NCBI GenBank assembly: GCA_963663805.2
Contig: CAXXMR010000012.1
Span: forward strand, 128,001-192,000
Source: Sedimentisphaerales bacterium
Lineage (GTDB): Bacteria; Planctomycetota; Phycisphaerae; Sedimentisphaerales; SM23-30
DNA length: 64,000 bases
Direction: 5' to 3'
The notes beneath the pieces are model-generated. The model made no database searches and was not told where the DNA came from. It saw nothing but the letters and a program-made list of their open reading frames with translations. Position numbers and translations under genes: made by a program. This document shows, one piece after another, positions 1 through 9,589 of the stretch (within the stretch, counting starts at the first letter, position 1; each line of letters starts with the position of its first letter).

Positions 1-207
1 AACCATCCCGTCCGCCCCGGCGATGTAGTCGTGGCCCGCAGCGGCCCGGAAACATTACCCATCGGTGTCCTCGTCGGAACAGTCGCATCCTGCAGCCCGG
101 ATGAAAACAAGTCCATGTTATGGCATATCGTGGTTCGGCCAGCAACAGAACTGCACGAACTCCGCGAGGTGGTGATAGTCAACACCGTTAACGCCGACAA
201 ACATTGA
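1..207 (+). CDS. mreC: Rod shape-determining protein MreC, 3' end (partial)
   Basis: Frame 1 reads ...VRPGDVVVARSGPETLPIGVLVGTV...IVVRPATELHELREVVIV...* (TGA 205-207), typical of the MreC C-terminus; directly upstream of mreD. Confidence 0.8.
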   Translation, partial: NHPVRPGDVVVARSGPETLPIGVLVGTVASCSPDENKSMLWHIVVRPATELHELREVVIVNTVNADKH

Positions 208-261
208 ACCCTTTAAGCATCAACAACCCCTGACCAAAAAAAATTATCAAGACATTTTATC

Positions 262-777
262 ATGCGTTGGTTTAATTTCGGAATTCTGGTATTCGTGGCC
301 CTGCTCCTGCAACTGGCGGTGGTCGATTCAATCGCGCTGGGGCCCCAAAGAATCAGACCCGATCTGCTTTTACTCGTAGCGGTCGTAATCGCCCTGAACG
401 GCCCGGAAGAACAGGCACCAACCGCCGGATGGATACTGGGCTTATGTAAGGATTTAACCTCAGAGGCAACCTTAGGAAGCTACGCGATTGGCTTTGGCCT
501 GACGGTTTGGATGATAGTAAAAATCAGGGATCTGTTTCTGCTCGATAGAGCCCTGACCACAATAATCCTGACTCTGATTGGGGCATTTGGATTGGAACAG
601 TTGGTACTGCTGATAAACTACCTAAAATCAGGCAGCATTGTCGGAGGATACGCCACAATCACCGGAGCGATATTCTTCTCCGCCGCTTTCACAGCTGGAT
701 TAGCCCCCTACGCCAGATGGCTTATGCTGAAAATGGCCCGATTATTCGGCCTGAGAACCAGACGCGGTTATAATTAA
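262..777 (+). CDS. mreD: Rod shape-determining protein MreD
   Basis: 171-aa hydrophobic protein with RPDLLLL and GWILGLCKDL motifs; follows mreC. Confidence 0.85.
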   Translation: MRWFNFGILVFVALLLQLAVVDSIALGPQRIRPDLLLLVAVVIALNGPEEQAPTAGWILGLCKDLTSEATLGSYAIGFGLTVWMIVKIRDLFLLDRALTTIILTLIGAFGLEQLVLLINYLKSGSIVGGYATITGAIFFSAAFTAGLAPYARWLMLKMARLFGLRTRRGYN

Positions 778-804
778 CCAGGCAACCACGCCTGCAATAT
801 CCCC

Positions 805-987
805 TCAATTAAAGGGCATGCAGGGTACCGCCGCGGTCAGCTCACGAAGATCCAATGCCAATAGATGGTCCATGTATTCCGTAAGTTCTTCTTCTTCGAA
901 CTGGGAGAGAAATTCAAAAGAAGCCGTACAATTTAATTCCCGGATTGATTCAATGAGTTCCACTTTGCTCATGGCGGGCGTCTCCAT
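805..987 (-). CDS. Small hypothetical protein (60 aa)
   Basis: Acidic helical ORF (MSKVELIESIRELN...EFLSQFEEEELTEYMDHL) filling the gap, with a sigma28-like motif upstream at 1072-1100. Confidence 0.55.
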   Translation of the reverse strand: METPAMSKVELIESIRELNCTASFEFLSQFEEEELTEYMDHLLALDLRELTAAVPCMPFN

Positions 988-1422
988 TTTTCTGCAATGG
1001 GGGTATTTTTCTGCATTTCCTTGAGCCAGCTCTGCGGGGCAGACTCAATGTGTCATCCTTGACGAAACTTCTTATCGTCAGGGTTCAGCCAAAATCTTTA
1101 GCCCCTGAGACAGTAAAAAAACGGGGAAAATGGTGTCCGATAATAAGCCCTTTGGGGCCTCAAAACCGCTATTTGAAAACAAAAAAAAGTTATCGGAAAA
1201 AAACCCGAACCAAACCGACTGGACAACGAATACAATAGTGTAAGGAGCCCAAAATCGGGGCCAATTGATTGCTCATAAATAAAAATAATCCGACATGGTG
1301 ATTATCGGACAACGGACCGTTAATTAACGGACAACTATGGCATTAGAAATTCGGACAACGTATTCAATCGCAACCGCCGACAAGACCAGTGGAAGTTCAA
1401 ACTCTGGACTTCCGCCGGCCTG

Positions 1423-2418
1423 ATGCTCACCTACGAATGTTCAGGAAAATGTCGATGCTGCTATAATTATTCCGGACCAGACGCCGGAAGCCCCCAAACC
1501 GAAATGTCCGAAAACCAGGCACTCACTTGCTGGGAAGGGCTTTCAATGTTGGCCGGGGAGCGAACCCTGGTACACCTCACCGGCGGTGAGCCGTTCCTCA
1601 ATTATCCCAGATTGGCTCGGATATTACAGCTAAGCAGTGAAAAAGGACTGAGAGGACTCGAAAAAGTCGAAACTAACGCTTCCTGGTGCAAAAATGAACA
1701 AACAGTACGAGAAAAGCTGGAGAAATTACAAGAATTTGGGCTTACCACCTTGCAGTTCAGTACCGACGCGTATCATCAGGAATTCATCCCGCTCGAACAA
1801 GTCAAACTCGGCGTAAAAGTCGCCGCCGAAGTTCTGGGCCAAGACAACGTCCGGGTCAGATGGCAGGAAGACCTCCAAAACGGCACCGGCTGGGGCCTGC
1901 TATCACCCGACGAAATCATCCGCAACGCCCTCAATAAACGCCCCGAAAGACTCCTGGGGCGTGGGGCCGATAAGCTCGCAGGTCTTTTTCCGCTAAGGTG
2001 TTACAAAGATTTTACCGACGAAAATTGTAGAAGCAGCTTGCTGGGCTCGCGCCACGTACACATCGACGGAATGGGTAACGTGTTCCCAGGCACCTGTGTT
2101 GGAATCATTCTGGGCAGGCTGAACGATAATCCCGACAGCCTGGCTGAATTGTGGCGAAGATTCGACTACCGGCAACATCCGGTGGTCTCAACCCTCGCCG
2201 AAAAAGGACCGGTAGGACTGCTCAAAGAGGCTCAAAATATAGGCTATAGAACAGCCGAAGGTTATGCCAGTAAGTGCCATTTATGTTACGAAGTACGTAG
2301 CTTTCTGCGAAAAAATGACAGGTATAAGAAATATCTGGGACCATCAGTCTGTTACGGAGAATGTGAACGCGACGGAGAAAAACAAAAAAATATTAATCGG
2401 AACAAAGTCCACGCTTGA
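1423..2418 (+). CDS. Radical SAM protein with C-terminal Cys cluster (SPASM/twitch-like)
   Basis: CxxxCxxC (CSGKCRCC), HLTGGEPF, ETNASW, C-terminal C...GTC...KCHLC. Start uncertain: the frame is open upstream to about 1324 with no ATG. Confidence 0.85.
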   Translation: MLTYECSGKCRCCYNYSGPDAGSPQTEMSENQALTCWEGLSMLAGERTLVHLTGGEPFLNYPRLARILQLSSEKGLRGLEKVETNASWCKNEQTVREKLEKLQEFGLTTLQFSTDAYHQEFIPLEQVKLGVKVAAEVLGQDNVRVRWQEDLQNGTGWGLLSPDEIIRNALNKRPERLLGRGADKLAGLFPLRCYKDFTDENCRSSLLGSRHVHIDGMGNVFPGTCVGIILGRLNDNPDSLAELWRRFDYRQHPVVSTLAEKGPVGLLKEAQNIGYRTAEGYASKCHLCYEVRSFLRKNDRYKKYLGPSVCYGECERDGEKQKNINRNKVHA

Positions 2419-2443
2419 CGGGCTAGCCGAAAAAGACTAAAAA
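2415..2443 (+). promoter_or_regulatory. Candidate sigma70 promoter for the kinase gene
   Basis: TTGACG-N17-TAAAAA about 75 nt upstream of ATG 2520. Confidence 0.4.
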
Positions 2444-2519
2444 ACACCTTTTGCATTCCGGTTGGGCTTACTCGGCTGCTTCCCAAAGGTGCACTGGCAA
2501 TTACGCTGAGTATATATTT

Positions 2520-3770
2520 ATGGCTGAAAACAACAATAATACCAAAGAGACAAACCTGGATTCCTTGATGGGGAAAATGGCTATCACGGAGAAGCTTTGC
2601 ACTCCGGACGAAGTCAAGGAATGTATCGAACAGGTCAAGGAGCGGGCCCAGAAGGAACAGCCCATGAGCCTGGCAGAAGCACTGGTCGATAAGGGATACG
2701 TCACAAATTCACAGCTGGACCGACTCCAGAATAAAGTCCAGGAAGCACGCCCCTCACATAGAATACCCGGCTACCAGATGCTCGAAAAACTAGGCGCCGG
2801 TGCCATGGCCGTCGTCTTCAAAGCCAAACAGGTCTCACTCGACCGACTCGTAGCCATCAAGGTTCTGCCCAAAAGACTCAGCGAAAACCCTGAATACGTC
2901 GAAAGATTCTACAAAGAGGGCAAAGCAGCCGCGATGCTCAACCATAATAATATTGTCCAGGCCATCGACGTTGGACAAGCCAACGGCCTCCACTATTTCG
3001 TCATGGAGTTCGTTAAAGGTAAAACCGTTTACGATGACATCTGCAACGGAAAACCTTATTCCGAAGCCGAAGCACTCAATATTATCACTCAGATCGGCGA
3101 AGCTCTCGAACACGCTCACGAAAGAGGCCTGATTCACCGCGACGTTAAACCCAAAAACATCATGATTACCGAAGACGGTATCGCCAAGCTCGCTGACATG
3201 GGTCTCGCACGGGAAGCCACCGACACCGCCGCCGCCGAGATGGAGGCAGGCCGGGCTTACGGTACACCTTATTATATCTCGCCCGAACAGATTCGCGGCG
3301 AACGAAATATCGATTTCCGGGCCGACATCTACTCGCTCGGCGCCACCCTTTACCACATGGTAACCGGCAAAGTCCCCTTCGAAGCACCAACCCCCTCAGC
3401 CGTCATGCACAAGCACCTCAAAGAGCCGCTCGTACCACCGGACCACATCAACAGTTCGCTAAGCGTCGGCCTCGCCGAAGTCGTCGAAGTCATGATGGCC
3501 AAAAACCGCGACGAAAGATACAGCAGCATGAAACTCCTGCTGGAGGATTTGCAGGCAGTGCGGGCCGGCGAACAGCCTTTGCAGGCACATCGCAAAATCG
3601 ACAAAAACATGCTCGCCGACCTCGAAAAGGGCGCCGACATCGACGTGGACCTGGAACGCAAGCTGGGACCGGTACCGGGTCTGCTCGGCTGGAAGATGGC
3701 CACCATCATCCTCGCCGGAGCATTGGTCGTCACACTCCTCATAATCATGATTATGGCTACCAGCGAATAA
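2520..3770 (+). CDS. Hanks-type Ser/Thr protein kinase with C-terminal TM anchor
   Basis: LGAGAMA, VAIK, HRDVKPKN, DMG, GTPYYISPE, DIYSLG motifs; hydrophobic C-terminus; likely start MAENN at 2520. Confidence 0.93.
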   Translation: MAENNNNTKETNLDSLMGKMAITEKLCTPDEVKECIEQVKERAQKEQPMSLAEALVDKGYVTNSQLDRLQNKVQEARPSHRIPGYQMLEKLGAGAMAVVFKAKQVSLDRLVAIKVLPKRLSENPEYVERFYKEGKAAAMLNHNNIVQAIDVGQANGLHYFVMEFVKGKTVYDDICNGKPYSEAEALNIITQIGEALEHAHERGLIHRDVKPKNIMITEDGIAKLADMGLAREATDTAAAEMEAGRAYGTPYYISPEQIRGERNIDFRADIYSLGATLYHMVTGKVPFEAPTPSAVMHKHLKEPLVPPDHINSSLSVGLAEVVEVMMAKNRDERYSSMKLLLEDLQAVRAGEQPLQAHRKIDKNMLADLEKGADIDVDLERKLGPVPGLLGWKMATIILAGALVVTLLIIMIMATSE

Positions 3771-3804
3771 AAAAAGTTCAAACAAAACCCCAAAACGCCA
3801 GTAC

Positions 3805-3944
3805 CAACAGAAACCAAGCCGTTCACTTCTACCTCATGCCTGCCGTCAAATAAAAAACCTCGACCGCAGGTCGAAACCTCGCTGTTCACTCATGCCTCAT
3901 GCCTAATGCATCTTGCCTTCTTAAATGCCTCCTGCCTGCCGTCA
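3805..3944 (+). repeat. Intergenic repeat family B (GAAACCAAGCCGTTCAC plus TCATGCC heptamers), two tandem units
   Basis: Matches 9536-9582 (+) and 55497-55546 (-); internal palindrome TCGACC-GCA-GGTCGA. Confidence 0.8.
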
Positions 3945-4046
3945 CCCCCCCCCTCCCAAAACACATTTTCCATATCAGCGGAAATATGGTATAATCCGGG
4001 CCGAAATTTTGTCAAACTTTGTAAGTTGTTTTATTGAGGTGAAGTT

Positions 4047-5137
4047 ATGAAAGTACCCCTGCTGGATTTGAAGGAACAGTATGAAAGTATCAGAAGCGAA
4101 ATCGAGCCTCGAGTTCTGGAGCTGATGGCTAGCCAGCTTTTTGTGCTGGGCAAGGCGGTTTCAGATTTCGAAGAAAATCTCGCATCCCATGGCCAGTGTG
4201 CTTACGGGGTGGGAGTCAGCAGTGGTACGGACGCTTTGATTTGTGCTTTGATGGCGTTGGGAATTGGAACTGGTGATGAAGTTATTGTGCCAACATTTAC
4301 GTTTTTCGGCTCAGCTGGAGCCATAGCCCGGATCGGGGCCCAGCCGGTTTTTGTCGATATTGACCCTGAGACTTATAACATTGACATCGAGTGTACCGAA
4401 GCCGCGATTACATCAAAAACCAAGGCGATTGTGCCGGTGCATCTCTATGGCCAAATGGCCGACATGAAGGAACTGACCGAACTAGCTTCAACTCATAACC
4501 TGAAAGTGGTGGAGGATGCCTGTCAGTCGGTCGGCAGTAAGCAGAATGGCAAGATGCCGGGCGAGCTGGGCGACTGCGCATGCCTGAGTTTTTATCCGAG
4601 CAAGAACCTGGCAGGCTTCGGCGACGGCGGAATGATTCTTACCAACGACCAGGCCCTGGCTCAACGCTGCAAACATCTGCGTATGCACGGCGAGGACAAG
4701 CGTTATTATCATAGTATGGTGGGCGGCAATTTCCGACTGGACGCTTTGCAGGCGGCAGTACTGGACATCAAACTGAAGCATCTGGACCACTGGAAGACAA
4801 AACGGCAGGCACATGCGGCAATTTATAATAATAAACTGAATGACAAGGTCGTTAAGCCGATGATTCGCAAAGGTAACGAGAGTGTCTATAACCAGTATGT
4901 GATTCGTTCGCAGCGACGCGATGACTTACAGAAGCATCTGACAGAAAACGAAATTGGGGCCGCGATATATTATCCAGTCCCCTGCATTTGCAGGAGTGTT
5001 TCGCCTATCTGGGCGGCAAGACTGGCGATTGCCCGGTAGCGGAGCAGGCCTGCAGGGAAGTTCTGGCAATACCGGTTTATCCCGAACTAAGCGATGAACA
5101 GATAGAATTTGCCGCAGATGTGATTAATAAATTTTAG
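4047..5137 (+). pseudogene. DegT/DnrJ/EryC1/StrS PLP aminotransferase, frameshifted near the 3' end (or sequencing error)
   Basis: SSGTDAL, VHLYGQ, EDACQ, SFYPSKNL motifs. After YYPVP the expected tail LHLQECFAYLG...EVLAIPVYPELSDEQIE continues in another frame to TAG 5135-5137; the C4 run at 4979-4982 needs C5. Confidence 0.85.
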
Positions 5138-5188
5138 ATATAAGATAACGTCACGGCCCGCCTTTGAGCGCGCTTTCGGAGCTGAGTT

Positions 5189-6154
5189 ATGAAGGCATTG
5201 ATAACCGGGGGCGCAGGTTTTATCGGTTCGCATCTGGCAGAACGACTGATTGGTCGCGCTGACGAGGTCGTGGTTATCGACGACCTCAGCACGGGTCGTA
5301 TAGAGAATCTGGCCGGGCTTTCGGGCAATGACCGGTTCAGCTTTGTATTTGACTCGGTGCGTAATGAGCAGACCATGTCGCAACTGGTGCAGCAATGTGA
5401 TATAGTTTATCATCTGGCCGCGGCGGTGGGGGTACAGCTTATCGCGGACGAACCGGTACATACCATCGAAACGAATATTCACGGCAGCGAAGTTGTTTTG
5501 AATATGGCCAACAAGTTCCGTCGGCCCGTTTTCCTGGCCTCCACAAGCGAAGTTTACGGCAAGAGTGAAAAAGTGCCGTTTTGTGAAGATGATGACACCG
5601 TACTGGGTTCGACTCGTTTTTCACGATGGAGCTATGCCTGCTCCAAGGCGATTGATGAATTCCTGGGCCTGGCCTACCATGACGAATACGGCCTGCCGGT
5701 AGTGATTGGCCGGTTCTTCAATACTGTTGGCCCGCGCCAGGTGGGCCATTACGGAATGGTTGTCCCGCGTTTTGTGCAATGGGCGCTGGCCGGTGATGAT
5801 TTGCTGATTTGTGGGGACGGTCAGCAGAGCCGGGCGTTTTGCCATGTCTCGGATGTGGTGGACGCGGTAATTCAATTGGTGAATTGCGAAGATGGCTATG
5901 GCAAGGTGTTTAATATTGGCTCGGATGAGGAAATTACCATCGAAGGCTTGGCAAAAATGGTAATTGAACTGACCGACAGCGATAGCCGGATTCGCAAAGT
6001 AAGTTACGAAGAAATGTATGGCCGGCCTTTGGATGACACCCGACGGCGGGTGCCCAGTCTGGAACGGCTAAGCGGAGTAATAGATTATCGTCGGGAATAT
6101 GACCTGCGGGCAACCCTGAAATCAATAATCACGAAAATGCGGCTGGAAAACTAA
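5189..6154 (+). CDS. NAD-dependent nucleotide-sugar epimerase/dehydratase (extended SDR)
   Basis: GGAGFIGSH, HLAAAVG, STSEVYG, YACSK, RFFNTVGP. Confidence 0.93.
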   Translation: MKALITGGAGFIGSHLAERLIGRADEVVVIDDLSTGRIENLAGLSGNDRFSFVFDSVRNEQTMSQLVQQCDIVYHLAAAVGVQLIADEPVHTIETNIHGSEVVLNMANKFRRPVFLASTSEVYGKSEKVPFCEDDDTVLGSTRFSRWSYACSKAIDEFLGLAYHDEYGLPVVIGRFFNTVGPRQVGHYGMVVPRFVQWALAGDDLLICGDGQQSRAFCHVSDVVDAVIQLVNCEDGYGKVFNIGSDEEITIEGLAKMVIELTDSDSRIRKVSYEEMYGRPLDDTRRRVPSLERLSGVIDYRREYDLRATLKSIITKMRLEN

Positions 6155-6163
6155 GGAATAAAA

Positions 6164-7465
6164 TTGACAGAATCGCACAGGGCAGAGAGCAGGTGGGGAT
6201 TGAAGACTAACGCTTTCTGGGGCGTTTGGGCGAATGTGATGATGGGGTGCGGACGGTTTCTGGCTTTTATAATTCTGGCAAAGTTTTTCAGCAGTGCGGG
6301 GCTGGGCCAATTCATGCTGGCCTGGGCAATCGTGCTACCTTTGGCGGCAGTTATAAATATGGAAGTGCGAATGGTGCTGGTAACAGACGCACGCGGGGAG
6401 TTGACAGCGGGCGAGTGCCTGGGGGTACGATTTTTGAGCAACGCGGTTTTGTGGGGAATATTGATGTCAACGTGCTATCTGGCCAGGGGGTACTGGAACA
6501 ATTTTAATGGCACACTGCTGCTGGGGGTGGGTGGGATTAAAATGGTGGAGAGCTGGGCGGAGATATACCTGGGAGTATTGCAAAAGCGAGAACGGATGAA
6601 TGAAGTAGCGGTTTCGCAAACATTGAAGACATTGCTGCTGTTGGTATGGACGGGGTTCGTTGCCCTTAGAAATTTACCACTGATTTTTGTGCCGGTAGGA
6701 TGGATTATGGTTTTGCTGGCAGTTACCTGGGCGTATGACCGGGTACGTGCAGGACGCTGCGGTGATATAAATTTGCGATTCGATTACGCCTCGGCAGTGA
6801 AAATTAGCCGACGGGCGTTTTGGCTGGGATTATTCCTGATGATGGTCCACCTGAACGAATCGACAGCTAGGTACTTCATCGACCATTGGTGGGGCGAAGT
6901 GGGTGTCGCCTATTACGGCATGATGATGATCTTCGTAACCGGCGCGGTAATGGCCCAGACCGGCTTGAATCAGTCGGTATTGGGGCGGCTGGCGGTCTAT
7001 TATCATAATGGCGAGATTGGACGGTTTGGCGAACTTTTAGGCAAGGTAGGCGCAATATCACTTCTAGGACTTGGCGTTTTATTTTTGCTGGTGTGGTTTG
7101 GCGGCGAGCAGTTGCTGCATCTGGTAAGTCGCGAGGAATATGTTTATGGAGTTTACGGACCGCTCAGCGGACCACAGCCGTGGGGCCTGCCGGTTTTTGT
7201 GGTGGTGATGCTGGGCGGAGTAATGGTGGTTTTAGGTATGGTGGCCGGTGACGCAATTGTCGCATGTCACCGTTTTAAGAGCAGAATGATCGCGGTTGCT
7301 TTAGGGCTGGCAGTAAATGCCTGGCTGTGTCGGGAATATGTGGCAGAATATGGATTGGTGGGAGCGGCATGGTCGCTGATTGCAGCGAGCACGGTAGTGT
7401 TTGTAATTTGCGGATTAGTGTTGATTAGTGCAATTTTAAGTACACTGCGAATAAACAAGATATGA
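6164..7465 (+). CDS. Polysaccharide flippase (Wzx/MOP family)
   Basis: Multi-TM protein, C-terminal YGLVGAAWS motif, in a sugar operon. Confidence 0.75.
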   Translation: MTESHRAESRWGLKTNAFWGVWANVMMGCGRFLAFIILAKFFSSAGLGQFMLAWAIVLPLAAVINMEVRMVLVTDARGELTAGECLGVRFLSNAVLWGILMSTCYLARGYWNNFNGTLLLGVGGIKMVESWAEIYLGVLQKRERMNEVAVSQTLKTLLLLVWTGFVALRNLPLIFVPVGWIMVLLAVTWAYDRVRAGRCGDINLRFDYASAVKISRRAFWLGLFLMMVHLNESTARYFIDHWWGEVGVAYYGMMMIFVTGAVMAQTGLNQSVLGRLAVYYHNGEIGRFGELLGKVGAISLLGLGVLFLLVWFGGEQLLHLVSREEYVYGVYGPLSGPQPWGLPVFVVVMLGGVMVVLGMVAGDAIVACHRFKSRMIAVALGLAVNAWLCREYVAEYGLVGAAWSLIAASTVVFVICGLVLISAILSTLRINKI

Positions 7466-7475
7466 TAGGAAAAAC

Positions 7476-8354
7476 ATGTATTTAACTGGTTTTGCTGATG
7501 AAGCAGCCGTAGATATCGAGGGACAGATTCGGGCGACCCAGGAGCTGGGCTGGCACTATATCGAAAGCCGAAATGTGAATGGCCGAAATATACATGATAT
7601 CTCCAATGAGGAATTCGAGGTTGTCTGCCGGAAACTCACCGAGTCGGGAGTACGGATAAATTGTTTTGGTTCCGCGATTGCCAATTGGAGCAAGCAGATT
7701 ACCGAATCGTTTGACAGCTCGCTGGCCGAGACCCGACGGGCGATTAAGCGGATGGAGCGTTTACGTACAAAACTGGTGCGTATAATGAGTTTCGCGGTAC
7801 TGAAAGACCGCGGCCCAGATGACCAGATGGCAGCGGAGCGTTTCGCCCGGCTGCGCGAACTGCAAAAAATGTTCGCCGACGCCGGAATCACAGCTGTGCA
7901 TGAGAATTGCATGAATTATGGAGGAATGGGCTGGACCTATACGCTTGAGCTGCTGGAAAATGTGCCGGGACTGAAGCTGGTTTTCGATACCGGTAATCCG
8001 GTGTTTACGGACGACCGAACCAAAAAGCAGCCCTGGCCTAAACAGTCGGCGTGGGAGTTCTATCAGCATGTGAAAGAGCATCTCGTTTATGTGCATATCA
8101 AGGACGGCCTGTGGGATAGCGAGAACCAGAAAACAAAGTATACCTTTCCGGGTGAAGGACGCGGGGACGTAAAACGCATTGTACGAGATTTGCTGGCCAA
8201 CGGTTATGAGGGCGGGTTTTCGATGGAGCCGCATCTGGCAACGGTTTACCATGACGACAGCGTAACCAGCCCGGCAGAAATTAAATATGCCAACTACGTC
8301 GAGTATGGGCGACGGTTTGAACAGATTTTGAAAGAGTGCGGCTATGAAAAGTGA
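7476..8354 (+). CDS. Sugar phosphate isomerase/epimerase (xylose isomerase-like TIM barrel)
   Basis: GFADEA, HEN, FDTGN, HIKD, SMEPH metal-ligand motifs. Confidence 0.88.
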   Translation: MYLTGFADEAAVDIEGQIRATQELGWHYIESRNVNGRNIHDISNEEFEVVCRKLTESGVRINCFGSAIANWSKQITESFDSSLAETRRAIKRMERLRTKLVRIMSFAVLKDRGPDDQMAAERFARLRELQKMFADAGITAVHENCMNYGGMGWTYTLELLENVPGLKLVFDTGNPVFTDDRTKKQPWPKQSAWEFYQHVKEHLVYVHIKDGLWDSENQKTKYTFPGEGRGDVKRIVRDLLANGYEGGFSMEPHLATVYHDDSVTSPAEIKYANYVEYGRRFEQILKECGYEK

Positions 8355-8793
8355 TTCGCCAAGGACACTGGATGAAGCAAAGAAGATATATGCTCTTACG
8401 AATGAAAATCTGCTGAAATCACTGGAAATTCTGGAAAGACAGTTGAACGTGCTGCATACTCGCGCCCAGGTTTTGATGACGCTGGCGGGCGTGGTCTTGA
8501 CTGTCACAGGTTTTTCGGGGAGGGTGATAGCCGGAACCAGCTCTCTGGCGAAAATGACAATTGTGCTGGGCTTGCTGATTGTCCTGACCAGTGCCGTCTG
8601 GGTCTGGAGCAGGGTTATGGGCATCAAATGGGTTACCGACGGAGCGGAAGGTGAACCGATTGAGGTCTTGAGAATAATAATTGAGCGGCGAAATTTGAAA
8701 ACGAGAGCTTATCGACTCGGCGGAGTAATTCTAAGTCTGGGTTTGTTTGTCTACGGATTAGCGGTAGCGCAGATGTTTTTATTTTCGGTTTGA
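8344..8793 (+). CDS. Hypothetical membrane protein (about 3 TM)
   Basis: Overlaps the previous stop codon; three hydrophobic segments. Confidence 0.7.
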   Translation: MKSDSPRTLDEAKKIYALTNENLLKSLEILERQLNVLHTRAQVLMTLAGVVLTVTGFSGRVIAGTSSLAKMTIVLGLLIVLTSAVWVWSRVMGIKWVTDGAEGEPIEVLRIIIERRNLKTRAYRLGGVILSLGLFVYGLAVAQMFLFSV

Positions 8794-9351
8794 GGAACTG
8801 CCTGATTTGGGGTTTACGCCCTGTTTGGTAAGCCGGGCCCATCTCAGCGCTTCCTGCACACCTCGTTTGGTAAGTGGAAATCCTCGCCCGGTAATATCGT
8901 TCAGGCAACGAAGAGCGTAAATTTGATGTTCGCCTTTATGACGCAGGGTAAGAATTACGGTAGGCAGACCAGCCTGGTCGCCCATTTGACGCAGGGCAAC
9001 AGCGGCAGCACAGCGAACATTGGGATTGTGGTCCTGGAGGCTGTCATAGAGTTTAGATTTCTCGTCGAGCGCACGAATCTGGCCGAGCGATTCGCAAGCG
9101 ATGGTACGCATGTGGGAATCGGAACTGCCCAGCAGTTTAGCGATTTGAGACGCCGCGTCAGGTCCGCCGATACGCACGAGCGAGGATACGGCACCTTCAC
9201 GAATAACCGGGTCAGCGTGATTGAGCAAAGGCGCTATCTTCATAATCTCCGCAACTGAGCATTGATTAGATAAAATAGCGGCAGCGTCAACACCGCTTAG
9301 TCTGCGTTGCTGATCGGGTGTACGCCAGTAATGTTTGCTGCTCAAGGTCAT
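8779..9351 (-). CDS. HEAT-repeat protein
   Basis: Repeated D-P-x-V/I-R-x-x-A-x-x-x-L units (DPVIREGAVSSL, NPNVRCAAAVAL). Confidence 0.8.
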   Translation of the reverse strand: MTLSSKHYWRTPDQQRRLSGVDAAAILSNQCSVAEIMKIAPLLNHADPVIREGAVSSLVRIGGPDAASQIAKLLGSSDSHMRTIACESLGQIRALDEKSKLYDSLQDHNPNVRCAAAVALRQMGDQAGLPTVILTLRHKGEHQIYALRCLNDITGRGFPLTKRGVQEALRWARLTKQGVNPKSGSSSNRK

Positions 9352-9535
9352 TATTTTCTAACTGGTTCTCCGTTATCGGCCTCTGCTTTTGCGCAATAAG
9401 GCCACTATAATAGTTTGCCAATATCAATATACAATTCGAGAGGAGCAAGGGCAGGATAAACGGGATATTATTCCCAGGTTGCCTGATTTTTAATTTTGCC
9501 TAACCGTCACAACCGGTATTGACTGGAAAGAACCC

Positions 9536-9582
9536 GAAACCAAGCCGTTCACTCTTGCCTCATGCCTCTTGCCTTCTTAAAT
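9536..9582 (+). repeat. Repeat family B copy
   Basis: GAAACCAAGCCGTTCACTCTTGCCTCATGCCTCTTGCCTTCTTAAAT, closely matching parts of 3805-3926. Confidence 0.8.
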
Positions 9583-9589
9583 ATCTGGC

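Noticed and set aside
3945..3957. Poly-C tract as a phase-variable promoter element
   Set aside because: It lies within a generally C-rich block at the end of a repeat, with no evidence that it sits in a promoter spacer.
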